NCBI GenBank assembly: GCA_049472315.1
Contig: JBLIRN010000026.1
Location: forward strand, 1 to 42,523
Direction: 5' to 3'
DNA: 42,523 nt
Origin: a bacterium
GTDB lineage: Bacteria > SZUA-182 > DTGQ01 > JAFGSM01
Position numbers and translations under genes: made by a program. The notes under the pieces are model-generated. The model searched no databases and was not told the origin of the DNA. It worked only from the letters and a program-made list of their open reading frames with translations. Positions 16,039 to 28,887 of this stretch are shown here, in pieces; the first letter of the stretch is position 1; each line of letters starts with the position of its first letter.

Positions 16039-18327
16039 TCACTTGTCCGGGTTCTTCCCCTTTTTCTGGGCATCCTTTATCGCCTGCAGCAGGCTGAGGG
16101 TATTGTACGGCTTTTTCAGGAATTGAAAATTCCTCTCATAGATCAAGGGCCACTGGGATTTCTGATCGCTGTATCCGCTGCTTAGCAGTACCACGAGTTC
16201 CTGATTCCTGGAAAGAAGCTGGTCCACCAGTTGAATGCCGTTCTGATCGGGAAGCACCACATCACTCAGGACAAGGTTGAAATTCCCCTTCTCCCTTTCA
16301 AACAGATAGAGCGCCTCTTGCGCGTTGGTGGCTTCATGGACGATGTAACCATTCTTGATGAGGGCCTTCTTGGCAAATCGGCGCACCCCCTCCTCGTCCT
16401 CGACGAGAAGGATCCTCTCGCCATGCCCCTGAAATTGCTCCAGGGAAGAGGAATGTTTGCTTTTCCCCTGTTGTTTCACCGAGAGGATCGGCAGGTATAT
16501 CTTGAAGGTTGAGCCCTGTCCCATCTCGCTGTAAACGTTGATGAATCCGTCGTGCTGCTTGACGATCCCGTACACCGTGGAAAGACCAAGCCCCGTCCCC
16601 TCCCCCGGTCCCTTGGTGCTGAAAAAGGGCTCGAAGATCTGGCTCAGGGTTGCCTTGTCCATTCCCACCCCGGTGTCCTCAAAGGTGAGGCAGATGAATC
16701 CGCCCGGACGACTCTCCGGAATGAGCCGGCACTGTTCCTCGTCCAGAATCACATTCTCCGTCTTGATGGTCAGCCTTCCCCCCTTGGGCATTGCATCGCG
16801 GGCATTGACCGCCAGGTTGATGACGATCTGCACGATCTGGCCGGGATCGGCCTTCACACGCCCGAGTGCCGGGCCATGGATGACCACCAGTTCGATGTCC
16901 TCCCCGATGAGCCGCCTCAGCATCTTCTCGGTTTCGCTCACCACGGCATCCAGATCAAGCACCTTGGGCTGGAGCATCTGCCTTCTGCTGAAGGCGAGCA
17001 ACTGGCGCGTCAGGGCCGTTGCCCGCTCACCGGCCTTGTAAATCTCCTCGAGATCGTTTCGTATCGGATCATGCTTGTCGAGTTCGTCCAGGAGCAGGTC
17101 GCTGTTCCCGGTAATGATCGTAAGGAGGTTGTTGAAGTCGTGGGCAATGCCTCCGGCAAGCCTCCCGATCGCCTCCATCTTCTGGGCCTGAAGGAACCGC
17201 TCCTCGCTCTTCATAAGGGCCTGCTCCGTGTGCTTGCGCTCGGTGATGTCGTAGAGCACCCCCTGGATCAGGATCGGCCTCCCCTCCTCATCGCAGATAT
17301 TTTGAATAATCTCTTCCACCCAACGTATCTCACCATCCTGGCACAGGATTCGGTATTCCCTCTCCACCGAATAATTGGGAACCGTCCTGAGTTTTCTCGA
17401 TATCTCATAAATCTTGGGGAGATCATCCCTGTGGACGATCTGATCCCAGCGCGGGCTTTCGGCGATGAAATCGTCCTCGGTGTATCCGGTAATCGCCTCC
17501 ACCGCCCCATGGAAAAAGATCGGTTTGAAGTCGATATTCGCCTGAAAGAGGATGCCCTTGAAATTCTTCGCAAACGACCGGTAGCGCTCTTCACTCTCTC
17601 GCAGCGCCTCCTCGGCGAGCTTGCGGTCGGTGATATCCTTCAGGTCCTCGACAATCCCGACTATTTCGCTATTCGGTCCCCGCAAGGGGGTGGCGGTGAG
17701 AATGCAAAAGATCTTGGAGCCGTCGGTCATTTCCTTCTCAATGTCGCATTCCACCCGCTCCTCACCATCCAGGACCCTTTTCAGGGTACACCCGTCGGAA
17801 TGGCAGAGGGGACCACGAAACACCTCATAGCATTTCTTTCCCACAACCTCATCGCGTGATATCCCCAGCATGCCCAGGAAACTGTCATTGAACTGGAGCA
17901 TATTGTAATTTCTATCGATCACGCGCAGACCGTTACCGGTGGTGCGGAATATCTGATCGATCTTTTCATATGCGAGCCTCGCCTCCTCCTCGGCCACTTC
18001 GTTCTTCTCCCTGAGTTCCACCACCAGAATGGCTACCACGACGAACATGATGGACCGCAGGATATCGTGGGTGTCCACCATGCGCCATTCATAAAACGCA
18101 TGGCTGAACAGCAGGTTGCCCGCCAGGAAGAGGGAGATGAGTATCCCTTTCCGCTTCCACCATATGCAGGCAAGTATAATGGGGACATAAAAGAAGTGGG
18201 TGAACATCACGGAGGTATGAAAGACAAGGTGGAAATAGTAGGTCGAGACCATTGATACCCCGACGAGGAGACTCATTATGATAATCTTGATCTTTTCCTC
18301 TCTCTTATTGAAAATTAATCCGATCAT
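16039..18327 (-). CDS. Hybrid sensor histidine kinase: membrane domain, 2 PAS, HisKA, HATPase, receiver
   Basis: Start set at ATG 18327 (AGGAG RBS). QAQKMEAIGRLAGGIAHDFNNLL, NARDAM, DTGVGM, FEPFFSTK..GTGLGL, receiver ILLVEDE..DVVLP..KP. Confidence 0.92.
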   Translation of the reverse strand: MIGLIFNKREEKIKIIIMSLLVGVSMVSTYYFHLVFHTSVMFTHFFYVPIILACIWWKRKGILISLFLAGNLLFSHAFYEWRMVDTHDILRSIMFVVVAILVVELREKNEVAEEEARLAYEKIDQIFRTTGNGLRVIDRNYNMLQFNDSFLGMLGISRDEVVGKKCYEVFRGPLCHSDGCTLKRVLDGEERVECDIEKEMTDGSKIFCILTATPLRGPNSEIVGIVEDLKDITDRKLAEEALRESEERYRSFAKNFKGILFQANIDFKPIFFHGAVEAITGYTEDDFIAESPRWDQIVHRDDLPKIYEISRKLRTVPNYSVEREYRILCQDGEIRWVEEIIQNICDEEGRPILIQGVLYDITERKHTEQALMKSEERFLQAQKMEAIGRLAGGIAHDFNNLLTIITGNSDLLLDELDKHDPIRNDLEEIYKAGERATALTRQLLAFSRRQMLQPKVLDLDAVVSETEKMLRRLIGEDIELVVIHGPALGRVKADPGQIVQIVINLAVNARDAMPKGGRLTIKTENVILDEEQCRLIPESRPGGFICLTFEDTGVGMDKATLSQIFEPFFSTKGPGEGTGLGLSTVYGIVKQHDGFINVYSEMGQGSTFKIYLPILSVKQQGKSKHSSSLEQFQGHGERILLVEDEEGVRRFAKKALIKNGYIVHEATNAQEALYLFEREKGNFNLVLSDVVLPDQNGIQLVDQLLSRNQELVVLLSSGYSDQKSQWPLIYERNFQFLKKPYNTLSLLQAIKDAQKKGKNPDK

Positions 18328-18662
18328 CTCGCGCTCCTGAAAGAACCCGCTAATAAAACCCCGCAATCGATTCAGAGACCTTGATCTCTCTTCAATAACC
18401 GCATGCCATAGAGTTATTAGATTCCATAGGTTTAAGAGTCTTCTCACCCATGATATAATTATATATAATTCTTAATAATTGTGCAATCTTTATAGTACTA
18501 ACTCTCATATACTTTTTTGAGTAATAGCCAAAAATCAAGCAACTATTGCAGGGACACAAAAAATTATATGACTTTCCTCGGCAATGTTTCATGAATGATG
18601 TATGTACAGATGGAAAGGCGGGTCATAACCAGGCATCACGGCAACCGGTTCCATATCCGGAA

Positions 18663-18756
18663 AATGAATAAACTGTCCCGCCGCAGACAACAGGGTATTA
18701 AAAGGAATTCTTGTGGGTCTCCCCAAGGCGAGGGGAATTAAACCCGCAGAGATTAA
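18663..18756. mobile_element. Possible decayed non-autonomous IS200/IS605-like end remnant
   Basis: AACTGTCCCGCCGCAG..GGGTATTAAA ... CCCCAAGGCGAGGGGAATTAAACCCGCAGAGATTAA resembles paired palindromic IS200/605-type ends from memory; the palindromes are degenerate and there is no transposase. Confidence 0.35.
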
Positions 18757-19083
18757 CGGGATGAACCGCTGTGAATGTGGAGAAATCGGAGCGGCGTAAA
18801 AAGCATTTCCTCTCACAAGGCATAATGTACGCCTTTACATACTTATAAAAATTTTTATAAATTCATAGTTATTTTGCACTGCCCTGCAAGAATCTTCAAT
18901 GTATGCATAAAATTGCATGCATAGAGAGGTACCCCATTCAATATGACCTGTTCGTAAACCCCGCCGTTTTATTGTCTGCACCGGTCATATGGGTACCGCG
19001 CGACCCTGATGGGCGCACGTCATTGAATCTGTTTTCCTGGCTGGATAGTTTCAGAACATACCTGGGCAGCGGGGCCCTGACGC

Positions 19084-20367
19084 TCATTGTGCTCGAAAGA
19101 TGATACGTCCGCTGCAAACGGTCATCACGGGACATCCCTTCAGATGCCGGCCGTGGAAGGGGGAGTTTCTCGCCTTTGACCTGAAGGAACGTACATCGAC
19201 GACCCATTCCCTCTCAAGATCGATTATCGTGAGATCGGCGTGCGAGCCCGCTATGAGTCCCCCCCGATCAAGGTGCAGGATCCCGGCGGGATTGATGCTC
19301 ATGGCGAAGACGATACGGGCAAGGTCAAGGAAACCCTGGTGGAAGAGGTTCGTGAGAATCAAGGGCAACGCGGTTTCCATGCCGATGATCCCAAAGGGCG
19401 CATAGATGTATTCCATCTCCTTTTCGGCGAGGGTATGGGGGGCATGATCCGAGGCAATGACGTCAATGGTTCCATCCTTTAATCCCTCAATGAGGGCCTC
19501 CTGGTCCGCCTTGGTTCGCAGTGGGGGATTCACCTTGGTGTTGGTATCGAATCCCGTGACCGCCTCCTCGGTCAGACAGAGATGGTGGGGGGTAACCTCG
19601 GCGGTGATGGGTATACCCTCCTGCTTGGCCAAACGGATAAGACGGACACTTCCCGCGGTGCTCACATGGGCGATATGGACCGGTCGGCCGGTGAGCCTTG
19701 CCAGACATATCTCCCTGGCCACCATTATCTCCTCCGCCTCCGCAGGTATGCCCGGCAGGCCGAGGCGGGTCGAGACCCTCCCCTCGTTCATGACGCCGTC
19801 ACCCGCCATATCCAGATCCTCGCAGTGGGATATGATGAGCACGTCGAACATGCCGGCGTATTCGAGCGCACGCCGCATCAAATCGGCATTCCGCACCGGA
19901 CGGCCGTCATCCGAAAGGGCGACCGCCCCCGCATCCTTCAATTCCCCGATATCCGCGAGGGCCTCTCCCTTGAGCCCCTTGCTGATCGAGCCCACAGGCA
20001 AAACCCGCACCGAATTGCATTCCTGGGCCTTTCCAAGTATATATTCAGTCACGGATGCATTGTCATTCACCGGGGTGGTGTTGGGCATGCAGGCGATTGC
20101 CGTAAAACCGCCTGCCGCTGCAGCAGCGATACCGGTTCGAATCGTCTCCTTGTCCTCCCGGCCCGGCTCCCTGAGATGGGTATGCATGTCCACCAGGCCA
20201 GGGCAGATGATAAGCCCGGAGCAATCGATGACCTCCGCACCCTCCGGAGGGGTTATGTTCCGTTCGACCGAGGTGATCCGTTCACCCTGTACGAGGATAT
20301 CCATGACCGCATCCACGCCATGCACAGGATCTATAGCGCGTCCACCGCTGAAGAGTATGCCCTTCAT
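19084..20367 (-). CDS. pyrC: Dihydroorotase
   Basis: PGLVDMHTHLREPG, MPNT.P, SHCED, HIAHVS, KVNPPLR, ASDHAPH; follows pyrB. Confidence 0.96.
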   Translation of the reverse strand: MKGILFSGGRAIDPVHGVDAVMDILVQGERITSVERNITPPEGAEVIDCSGLIICPGLVDMHTHLREPGREDKETIRTGIAAAAAGGFTAIACMPNTTPVNDNASVTEYILGKAQECNSVRVLPVGSISKGLKGEALADIGELKDAGAVALSDDGRPVRNADLMRRALEYAGMFDVLIISHCEDLDMAGDGVMNEGRVSTRLGLPGIPAEAEEIMVAREICLARLTGRPVHIAHVSTAGSVRLIRLAKQEGIPITAEVTPHHLCLTEEAVTGFDTNTKVNPPLRTKADQEALIEGLKDGTIDVIASDHAPHTLAEKEMEYIYAPFGIIGMETALPLILTNLFHQGFLDLARIVFAMSINPAGILHLDRGGLIAGSHADLTIIDLEREWVVDVRSFRSKARNSPFHGRHLKGCPVMTVCSGRIIFRAQ

Positions 20368-21308
20368 TATTTTTCTCCCAGAAGCAGATACAAAAGGGCC
20401 ATTCTGACCGCGATCCCGTTGGTCACCTGATCCAGGATGACCGAATGCGGCCCGTCCGCAACCTCAGGGTCGATCTCCACCCCCCTGTTGATGGGCCCAG
20501 GGTGCATGATCAGGCAATCCTCCGATACCCCCTGAAGCCTTTCCTTGGTCAGGCAAAACAGGCGTGCATATTCCCTGATCGAGGGAAACAGGTTCCTCTT
20601 CTCACGCTCCTTTTGTATGCGCAGCATCATGATGACATCCCGGTCCCGGATACCCTCCTCGATATTGAAGCACACATCCACCCCCATCTCCTCGATGAAG
20701 GGGGGAATGAGCGTGGGCGGCCCGATGACCCTCACCTGGGCGCCCATGGTGGTGAGGCAGAAGATATTCGACCGCGCCACCCTGCTGTGGGTCAGGTCAC
20801 CCACAATGGCGATCTTGAGTCCATCCACCCTCCCCTTCTTCTCCCTGATGGTAAAGATGTCGAGGAGCGCCTGGGTGGGGTGCTCATGGGGGCCGTCACC
20901 TGCATTGATCACCGAAAACCGGCACATCCTGGCCAGCATGTGCGGTGCGCCCGCAGCGGAATGGCGGATGACGATGATATCGGGGTTCATGGCCTCCAGG
21001 TTCTTTGCCATATCCATGAGACTCTCCCCCTTGACCAGGCTGCTCCCCTGGGCGGATATATTAATGGTGTCCGCACTGAGGCGCTTGCCTGCGATCTCGA
21101 AGGAGGTCCTGGTACGGGTGCTCGGCTCCAGGAAGAGATTGATGACGGTTCTCCCGCGCAGGGTGGGCACCTTCTTGATATCCCTGGTCAGCACCTCCTT
21201 GAATGCATCCGCGGTATTGAGGATGAGTGTGATCTCGTCCCTGGTGAGATCCTCGATCCCCAGAAGATCCTTGCGGTTGAATTTTCCCTCCTGGGATACC
21301 ACCATCAT
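20367..21308 (-). CDS. pyrB: Aspartate carbamoyltransferase catalytic subunit
   Basis: [50 protein letters not shown]. Confidence 0.97.
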   Translation of the reverse strand: MMVVSQEGKFNRKDLLGIEDLTRDEITLILNTADAFKEVLTRDIKKVPTLRGRTVINLFLEPSTRTRTSFEIAGKRLSADTINISAQGSSLVKGESLMDMAKNLEAMNPDIIVIRHSAAGAPHMLARMCRFSVINAGDGPHEHPTQALLDIFTIREKKGRVDGLKIAIVGDLTHSRVARSNIFCLTTMGAQVRVIGPPTLIPPFIEEMGVDVCFNIEEGIRDRDVIMMLRIQKEREKRNLFPSIREYARLFCLTKERLQGVSEDCLIMHPGPINRGVEIDPEVADGPHSVILDQVTNGIAVRMALLYLLLGEK

Positions 21309-21866
21309 TTACCAGGTAACCCTTTCCGGATAGGGAAGGATGAAGACACTGTCCTTCTCCCCTTCCTCGGCGAGTCGCACCTGAACCGACTCGTCCCTGG
21401 ATGTCTCCAGCCGCTTTCCCACATACTCGGGTTGAATGGGAAGCTCCCGGTGTCCCCGGTCAACCAATACGGCAAGCCTGATGCACTGGGGACGACCGAA
21501 ATCCATAATCGCATCGAGTGCCGCCCGAATGGTGCGGCCGGTATAGAGCACGTCGTCCACCAGGATCACCCGCTGGTCCGTAAGATCGAAGGGTATCTCC
21601 GTTTTCTTCATCACCGGCTTGGGTCCGGAGGTCAAGACGTCGTCACGATAAAAGGTGGTGTCGATAAAACCGATGGGCATACGGTACCCGCTCAGGGATT
21701 CGATCTCCCCAACCAGGCGCCTGGTCAGGTCCGCCCCCCGCGTCCTTATGCCCACCATCACCACCCCTTCCAGGGGGGAGAAATCCGCCACGATCTGGCC
21801 GGCCATCTTGCGGACCGCGCCTCTGATCTGCGTCTCGTTCATGATCTGGGTGGCATTCGGCTCCAT
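21309..21866 (-). CDS. pyrR: PyrR pyrimidine regulator / uracil phosphoribosyltransferase
   Basis: Start at ATG 21866. GIRTRG, D.TFYRDD, ILVDDVLYTGRTIRAALDA, VDRGHRELPI. Confidence 0.95.
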   Translation of the reverse strand: MEPNATQIMNETQIRGAVRKMAGQIVADFSPLEGVVMVGIRTRGADLTRRLVGEIESLSGYRMPIGFIDTTFYRDDVLTSGPKPVMKKTEIPFDLTDQRVILVDDVLYTGRTIRAALDAIMDFGRPQCIRLAVLVDRGHRELPIQPEYVGKRLETSRDESVQVRLAEEGEKDSVFILPYPERVTW

Positions 21867-21882
21867 GTTCCGTCCCACTACC

Positions 21883-22812
21883 TCACCCCTTCTCCAGCCT
21901 GTCCCTGAAATATTGAACAGTCCGGGCAAGCCCCTCCTTGAGGGACACCTCCGGTCTCCATCCCATCCGCTCCTGTGCCAGCCGGGGTGCAATCACGCTG
22001 CGCTGCTGCTCCCCCATCTTCGCCGGTCCGTGCTTCTCCCCCATGGCACTGCCGGTAAGATCCTTGAGCAGGCGAAATATGGCGTTGATGGAGGTCTCCT
22101 GCCCGGTGCCGATATTCATGCAATGGCTTCCCTCCAGGTCCAGGGCCTTCACATTCGCCCTGGCCACATCACCCACGTACAAAAAGTCCCTGGTCTGCTC
22201 GCCGTCACCATTGATGACGGGCTGCCTTCCCTCCAGGAACCGCTCCGTAAAAATCGCCACCACCCCTGCCTCCCCGAAGGGATCCTGCCGGGGACCATAG
22301 ATGTTCGAATACCTGAGGATGCAATAATTGAGCCCGAAGATCTGATGGTAGTAATCAAGGTATCTTTCGAAGGAGAGCTTGGCCACACCATACGGACACA
22401 GCGGCCGGGTGGGGTGTGATTCGGTGGCCGGGAATTCCACCTGCTCTCCGTAGATGGCGCCGCCGGTGGAGGAAAAGATGAACCGCCTCACCCCGAACTC
22501 CATGGCGTACCCGGCGAGCTTTATCCCTCCGATGATGTTTATCTCCGCGTCGAGAACCGGGTCATCCACGGAAATCCGGACACTCACCTGGGCCGCATGG
22601 TGACAGATCACGTCCGGCCGCTCCTCGGCCACCACATCCCTCACCCGCTCATCCCGGATGTCCAGGTGATGAAACCTGGCCTGCTCGGGGATATTCTCCC
22701 TCCTGCCGGAGGAGAGATCGTCCAGGATCACCACCTCGTGGCCTGCCTGCAGAAATGCATCCGCACAGTGCGAGCCGATAAACCCCGCGCCCCCGGTCAC
22801 CAGAATCCTCAT
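21883..22812 (-). CDS. NAD-dependent epimerase (UDP-glucose 4-epimerase family)
   Basis: VTGGAGFIGSH, HHAAQVSVRIS, SSTGGAIYGE, YGVAK, RYSNIYGPRQDP.GEAGVV. Confidence 0.92.
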   Translation of the reverse strand: MRILVTGGAGFIGSHCADAFLQAGHEVVILDDLSSGRRENIPEQARFHHLDIRDERVRDVVAEERPDVICHHAAQVSVRISVDDPVLDAEINIIGGIKLAGYAMEFGVRRFIFSSTGGAIYGEQVEFPATESHPTRPLCPYGVAKLSFERYLDYYHQIFGLNYCILRYSNIYGPRQDPFGEAGVVAIFTERFLEGRQPVINGDGEQTRDFLYVGDVARANVKALDLEGSHCMNIGTGQETSINAIFRLLKDLTGSAMGEKHGPAKMGEQQRSVIAPRLAQERMGWRPEVSLKEGLARTVQYFRDRLEKG

Positions 22813-22833
22813 GTCAGTTTTCCTCTTGCAATG

Positions 22834-23763
22834 TCATAGTCTCTTTTTATACCACTCGATGGTTGTCTTGAGGCCGGTCTTCATGTCGACCTTCGGACTC
22901 CACGTGAGCCGTTCCCGGGCCTTGGTGATGTCGGGCTGCCGTACCTTGGGATCATCGACCGGAAGCGGCAGGAATGATATCTCGGTCTTCGAACGGGTGA
23001 TGTCCTTCACGAGAAAGGCGAAATCAAGGATGGACATCTCATTTGGATTGCCCAGATTCACGGGTGTCACACAGTCTGACATGAGGAGCCGATAGATCCC
23101 CTCCACCAGATCCTCCACAAAGCAGAAGCTTCGTGTCTGCTTACCGTCGCCGAATACCGTAAGGGGTTCACCCTTCAGGGCCTGGGCGATCATGGTCGGC
23201 ACCACCCGCCCATCCATCAAGCGCATGCGAGGGCCATAGGTGTTGAAGATCCTGGCGATCCTGGTATCGACCCCGTGAAAGCGATGGTAGGCCATGGTGA
23301 GGGCCTCGGCAAACCTCTTTGCCTCGTCATAGACACCCCGAGGGCCGATGGGATTGACATTCCCCCAATAATCCTCGGGTTGCGGATGAATGAGAGGGTC
23401 TCCGTACACCTCGGAGGTGGAGGCAAGGAGAAAGCGGGCCTTTTTTTCCTTGGCCAGCCCGAGGGCCTTGTGAGTGCCGAGGGAGCCCACCTTGAGGGTC
23501 TGAATGGGCAGTTCCTGGTAATCGATGGGGCTGGCCGGACTGGCGAAGTGCAGGATATAGTCGACCGGTCCGTCGATATAGATGTAGTTGGTTACATCCT
23601 GCTTGATGAACAGGAAGTGTTCCGACCTGATGTGGTCGATATTTTCGATGGTGCCCGTAATGAGATTATCCATGCAGATAACCTCGTGTCCCCGCGCCAG
23701 AAAGAGGTCACACAGATGGGACCCCAGGAACCCGGCACCCCCGGTAATCAGCACGCGCGCCAT
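22834..23763 (-). CDS. UDP-glucuronate decarboxylase (UDP-xylose synthase) family
   Basis: [65 protein letters not shown]. Confidence 0.93.
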   Translation of the reverse strand: MARVLITGGAGFLGSHLCDLFLARGHEVICMDNLITGTIENIDHIRSEHFLFIKQDVTNYIYIDGPVDYILHFASPASPIDYQELPIQTLKVGSLGTHKALGLAKEKKARFLLASTSEVYGDPLIHPQPEDYWGNVNPIGPRGVYDEAKRFAEALTMAYHRFHGVDTRIARIFNTYGPRMRLMDGRVVPTMIAQALKGEPLTVFGDGKQTRSFCFVEDLVEGIYRLLMSDCVTPVNLGNPNEMSILDFAFLVKDITRSKTEISFLPLPVDDPKVRQPDITKARERLTWSPKVDMKTGLKTTIEWYKKRL

Positions 23764-23766
23764 TGC

Positions 23767-25678
<1,912 letters not shown>

Positions 25679-26111
25679 TTCTTTAAAAAATTTTATGCTA
25701 CTTTACAGATAATTATTTGTTTTTTATAAAATTTAAGCCTTCGTTGTAATCGAAGGATCATGGCTGTACTGTCTGGTAGCGGTACTGTCTGGTATACGAA
25801 TACGGGATTCCGCGATACGACACAGATGCAAGAATGCACATTATCATATATCGTCACGACTTTCAAATACACACAAGGGTTTTCTCCCCATTCCCCCAAG
25901 CGAAACTTGGTGATTCGGATGCATGCCTCCATTGTCTATCGCCCATGGAGCGGTGTAGTTTCGATAACGCGGCAATCGCCCTTTGTGGCATCATCAGTTT
26001 CAAGGATACCATAATGCCGTTATTCGTCCGCAAGCAATTGAATTAAAAATCTATTTATAAAATAAGTTATTTATTATCGAAAAAGTATACTCTTTCAATT
26101 TCTTAATGAGA

Positions 26112-26312
26112 GTTTCCACAAAACGTGTGGATAACCAGTGGATAACCATGACGGAACCATCCCCGCCCGCTTTAAACACAGGGGGGATACCATATTGCTC
26201 ACAAGATGGTCAATGTTTGTAATATACTTTTATACAAATAGTTGGCTTAACCTAACCCTCCTGTACCAAGACATAGGCCCGGGCTTTCATCACACGAGGA
26301 AAGTTATCCACA
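26112..26312. promoter_or_regulatory. DnaA-box cluster next to an AT-rich tract
   Basis: Perfect TGTGGATAA (26126-26134) and TTATCCACA (26304-26312); near-matches at 26112, 26137 and 26230; AT-rich tract 26040-26110. Confidence 0.65.
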
Positions 26313-26481
26313 GATCAAAACGGGTCGAGGGGCGCGGAGGCCTTATTTTATGACTTCTTATGTGAATATCACCCAAAAGAAGTGCCCGGAAAAAGATGAA
26401 TGGATGGGAGAATAAGAAAGCTCATGAGAGAAAAATAGAGAAAATGTGATCATTCACCCTTCTAAAGGGACGAAACATACC

Positions 26482-26532
26482 TTGACAACACAATATATTG
26501 TGGAGTAGTATTTCCACACTACCAAATAGTGT
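26482..26532 (+). promoter_or_regulatory. nrdD sigma70 promoter with overlapping NrdR boxes
   Basis: TTGACA (26482)-18-TAGTAT (26506). ACACAATATATTGTGG (26488-26503) matches the NrdR consensus acaCwAtATaTwGtg; weaker second box CACTACCAAATAGTGT (26517). Confidence 0.85.
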
Positions 26533-26634
26533 AGTATCGCCAGCCGCAGGATTTCACAACCTGAATTCTCGACGCCCTATTCCAACGGACAGGGGGTCAC
26601 GTCATGCCACACAGTGGGGGGGGGAGAGGGAATT

Positions 26635-28785
26635 ATGGATTCTCTACAACAGGTGGAATTGAATGCCACGAATCAATCGTCAGTGACTTCTCAGGAAAAG
26701 AAGATCAGACAGTTCCCCTATTCGGATTCGGAAACCACCGATCTTTCCCTGTTTGTCCGAACATCGGAGGAAGACTTCGTCTCGTGGGACAGGGGCAGGA
26801 TTGTAGAGGCCCTCATCAGGGAGACCTATATCGACACCGATACCGCAGACCACATCAGCCGGGAAGTGGAACATCAAATCATGTCCTCCCGCATCAAGAT
26901 CATCACCGCACCGCTCATCCGGGAGATGGTCGATGCAAAACTGATCGAGTATGGCCTGGAACGGGCGCGCCTCATGCACACCCGCCTGGGAATGCCGCTG
27001 TATGACGTCGATCAACTCATCATGCACCATAACAAGGAAAACGCCAATGTGCCTCACGGCCCTGAGGCCACCAATCTTACCCTTGCCGAAAATATCAAGA
27101 AGGAATACGCACTCCTCAATGTCTTTTCCCAGGAAGTGGCTGATGCGCACATGCGCGGGGACATACACATCCATGACCTGGGGTTCTGTGACAGGCCGTA
27201 TTGTTCAGGCCAATCCCTGGAATATGTCAAAAAATTCGGTCTCAACCTTCCCAATGCGCTCTCAATAGCTAAGCCTGCAAAACATCCCGAGGTCCTGCTG
27301 GCCCATATGGTGAAATTTGCAGCCAGTCTTCAGGGGCACTTTGCCGGCGCCATCGGATGGGATGCAGTGAATCTTTTCTTTGCACCGTACCTCGTGGACC
27401 TCTCAGACCGCGATGTCCGTCAGCTCGCCCAGATCATGATCTTCGAATTCTCACAGCAGGCGGTTGCTCGAGGCGGACAGGCCATTTTCAGCGATATCAA
27501 TCTGTACTGGGAGGTGCCAAAGCATTTTGAAGACGTCCCGGCTATCGGCCCTGGGGGGGAGTACACAGGCAAGACCTATTCGGAATACATCCACGATGCG
27601 CAACGTTTTGCCTGGGCCTTGTTCGACGTCTACAAAGAAGGAGATGGTTCGGGACGTCCATTCTTCTTTCCCAAGCCCCTGGTCCACCTTACGGAAAAAT
27701 TCTTCAAGACCCCTGGGCACCAGGATTTCCTCCTCCACATCTGTGACATTGCATCGGAAAAGGGAAACACCTACTTCGTGTTCGATCGCGGGGACACGGC
27801 AAAGATCTCGGAATGTTGCAGGCTTAGCTTCAAATTAAAGGATTCGGACCTTTTGGATGCCAAGTATCCCTGGAAGATGCGTTACTCCGCCCTGCAAAAC
27901 GTCACCCTCAACCTCCCTCGGATCGCCCTTCAGGCGGAGGGGAATGACGCCATCCTCTTTTCCCGTCTCACCGAACTCATGGAGCTTGCGGCAGAGACCC
28001 ACATGCAAAAGCGGGTCTTCATCGAAAGACTCCTCTCCCTGGGGGAAACGGGACCGCTTGCACTCCTTACCATGAAACAGGACGGTGAGCCCTACCTGAG
28101 ACTGGAACGGGCCTCCTACCTCGTCGGTATGGTAGGGCTCAACGAGATGGTGAATATTCACATAGGACAGGAGTTGCACCAATCCAAAGAGGCTTACATG
28201 CTGGGGCTCAAGGTCATCTCCCACATGAAACTCATGGCGGATCGACTCTCGGAACGACACAACATGCACTTCGTCCTGGAGCAAACCCCTGCCGAGAGCA
28301 CGGCCTACCGATTTGCAAAGCTGGACCAGAAGCACTACGCCCCCCGGGCAAACGATTTCCTCCAGGGGAATGCCGCCGCGGGTGAGGTCTACTACACCAA
28401 TTCCACCTATCTGAATGTGAAGACCGACGTCAATCCCATCGAACGGGTGAAAAAGGAAGGCGTGTTTCATCCCCTCATCGAGGCGGGGTCCCTGACGCAT
28501 ATCTGGCTGGGTGAATCACACCCCTCCAAGGAGTCTTTGGCCAATTTCGTGGTTAAGGTCTTCCGAAATACGAGCAACGACCAGATTGCCTTTTCCCCTG
28601 AATTCACCACCTGTACGGAATGCCACCGAACCACACGGGGACTCAATCCGGCCTGCACCTTTTGCGGCTCGGAGAAGGTCGAGGGGATCACCCGGATCAC
28701 CGGATACTTCACAAAGATATCCAGTTGGAATAAAGGGAAACTCGGAGAATTGAGGGATCGTTACCGTATCAACACCATAACATGA
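26635..28785 (+). CDS. nrdD: Anaerobic (class III) ribonucleoside-triphosphate reductase
   Basis: Start ATG 26635 (GGAGAGGG RBS). ATP cone, ENAN, GDIHIHDL, RPYC, RGGQAIFS, ECCRL, QTPAES, YYTNS, CxxC..CxxC, glycyl-radical motif RITGY. Confidence 0.95.
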   Translation: MDSLQQVELNATNQSSVTSQEKKIRQFPYSDSETTDLSLFVRTSEEDFVSWDRGRIVEALIRETYIDTDTADHISREVEHQIMSSRIKIITAPLIREMVDAKLIEYGLERARLMHTRLGMPLYDVDQLIMHHNKENANVPHGPEATNLTLAENIKKEYALLNVFSQEVADAHMRGDIHIHDLGFCDRPYCSGQSLEYVKKFGLNLPNALSIAKPAKHPEVLLAHMVKFAASLQGHFAGAIGWDAVNLFFAPYLVDLSDRDVRQLAQIMIFEFSQQAVARGGQAIFSDINLYWEVPKHFEDVPAIGPGGEYTGKTYSEYIHDAQRFAWALFDVYKEGDGSGRPFFFPKPLVHLTEKFFKTPGHQDFLLHICDIASEKGNTYFVFDRGDTAKISECCRLSFKLKDSDLLDAKYPWKMRYSALQNVTLNLPRIALQAEGNDAILFSRLTELMELAAETHMQKRVFIERLLSLGETGPLALLTMKQDGEPYLRLERASYLVGMVGLNEMVNIHIGQELHQSKEAYMLGLKVISHMKLMADRLSERHNMHFVLEQTPAESTAYRFAKLDQKHYAPRANDFLQGNAAAGEVYYTNSTYLNVKTDVNPIERVKKEGVFHPLIEAGSLTHIWLGESHPSKESLANFVVKVFRNTSNDQIAFSPEFTTCTECHRTTRGLNPACTFCGSEKVEGITRITGYFTKISSWNKGKLGELRDRYRINTIT

Positions 28786-28887
28786 GATGGTTTTCATGCA
28801 TCTGCCGGCGTGAATCATCGATACAGAGAAGAGACCATAAAAGATACACACCAACCACCATATAATGAATAAGGGGGGGAGCCGCCT

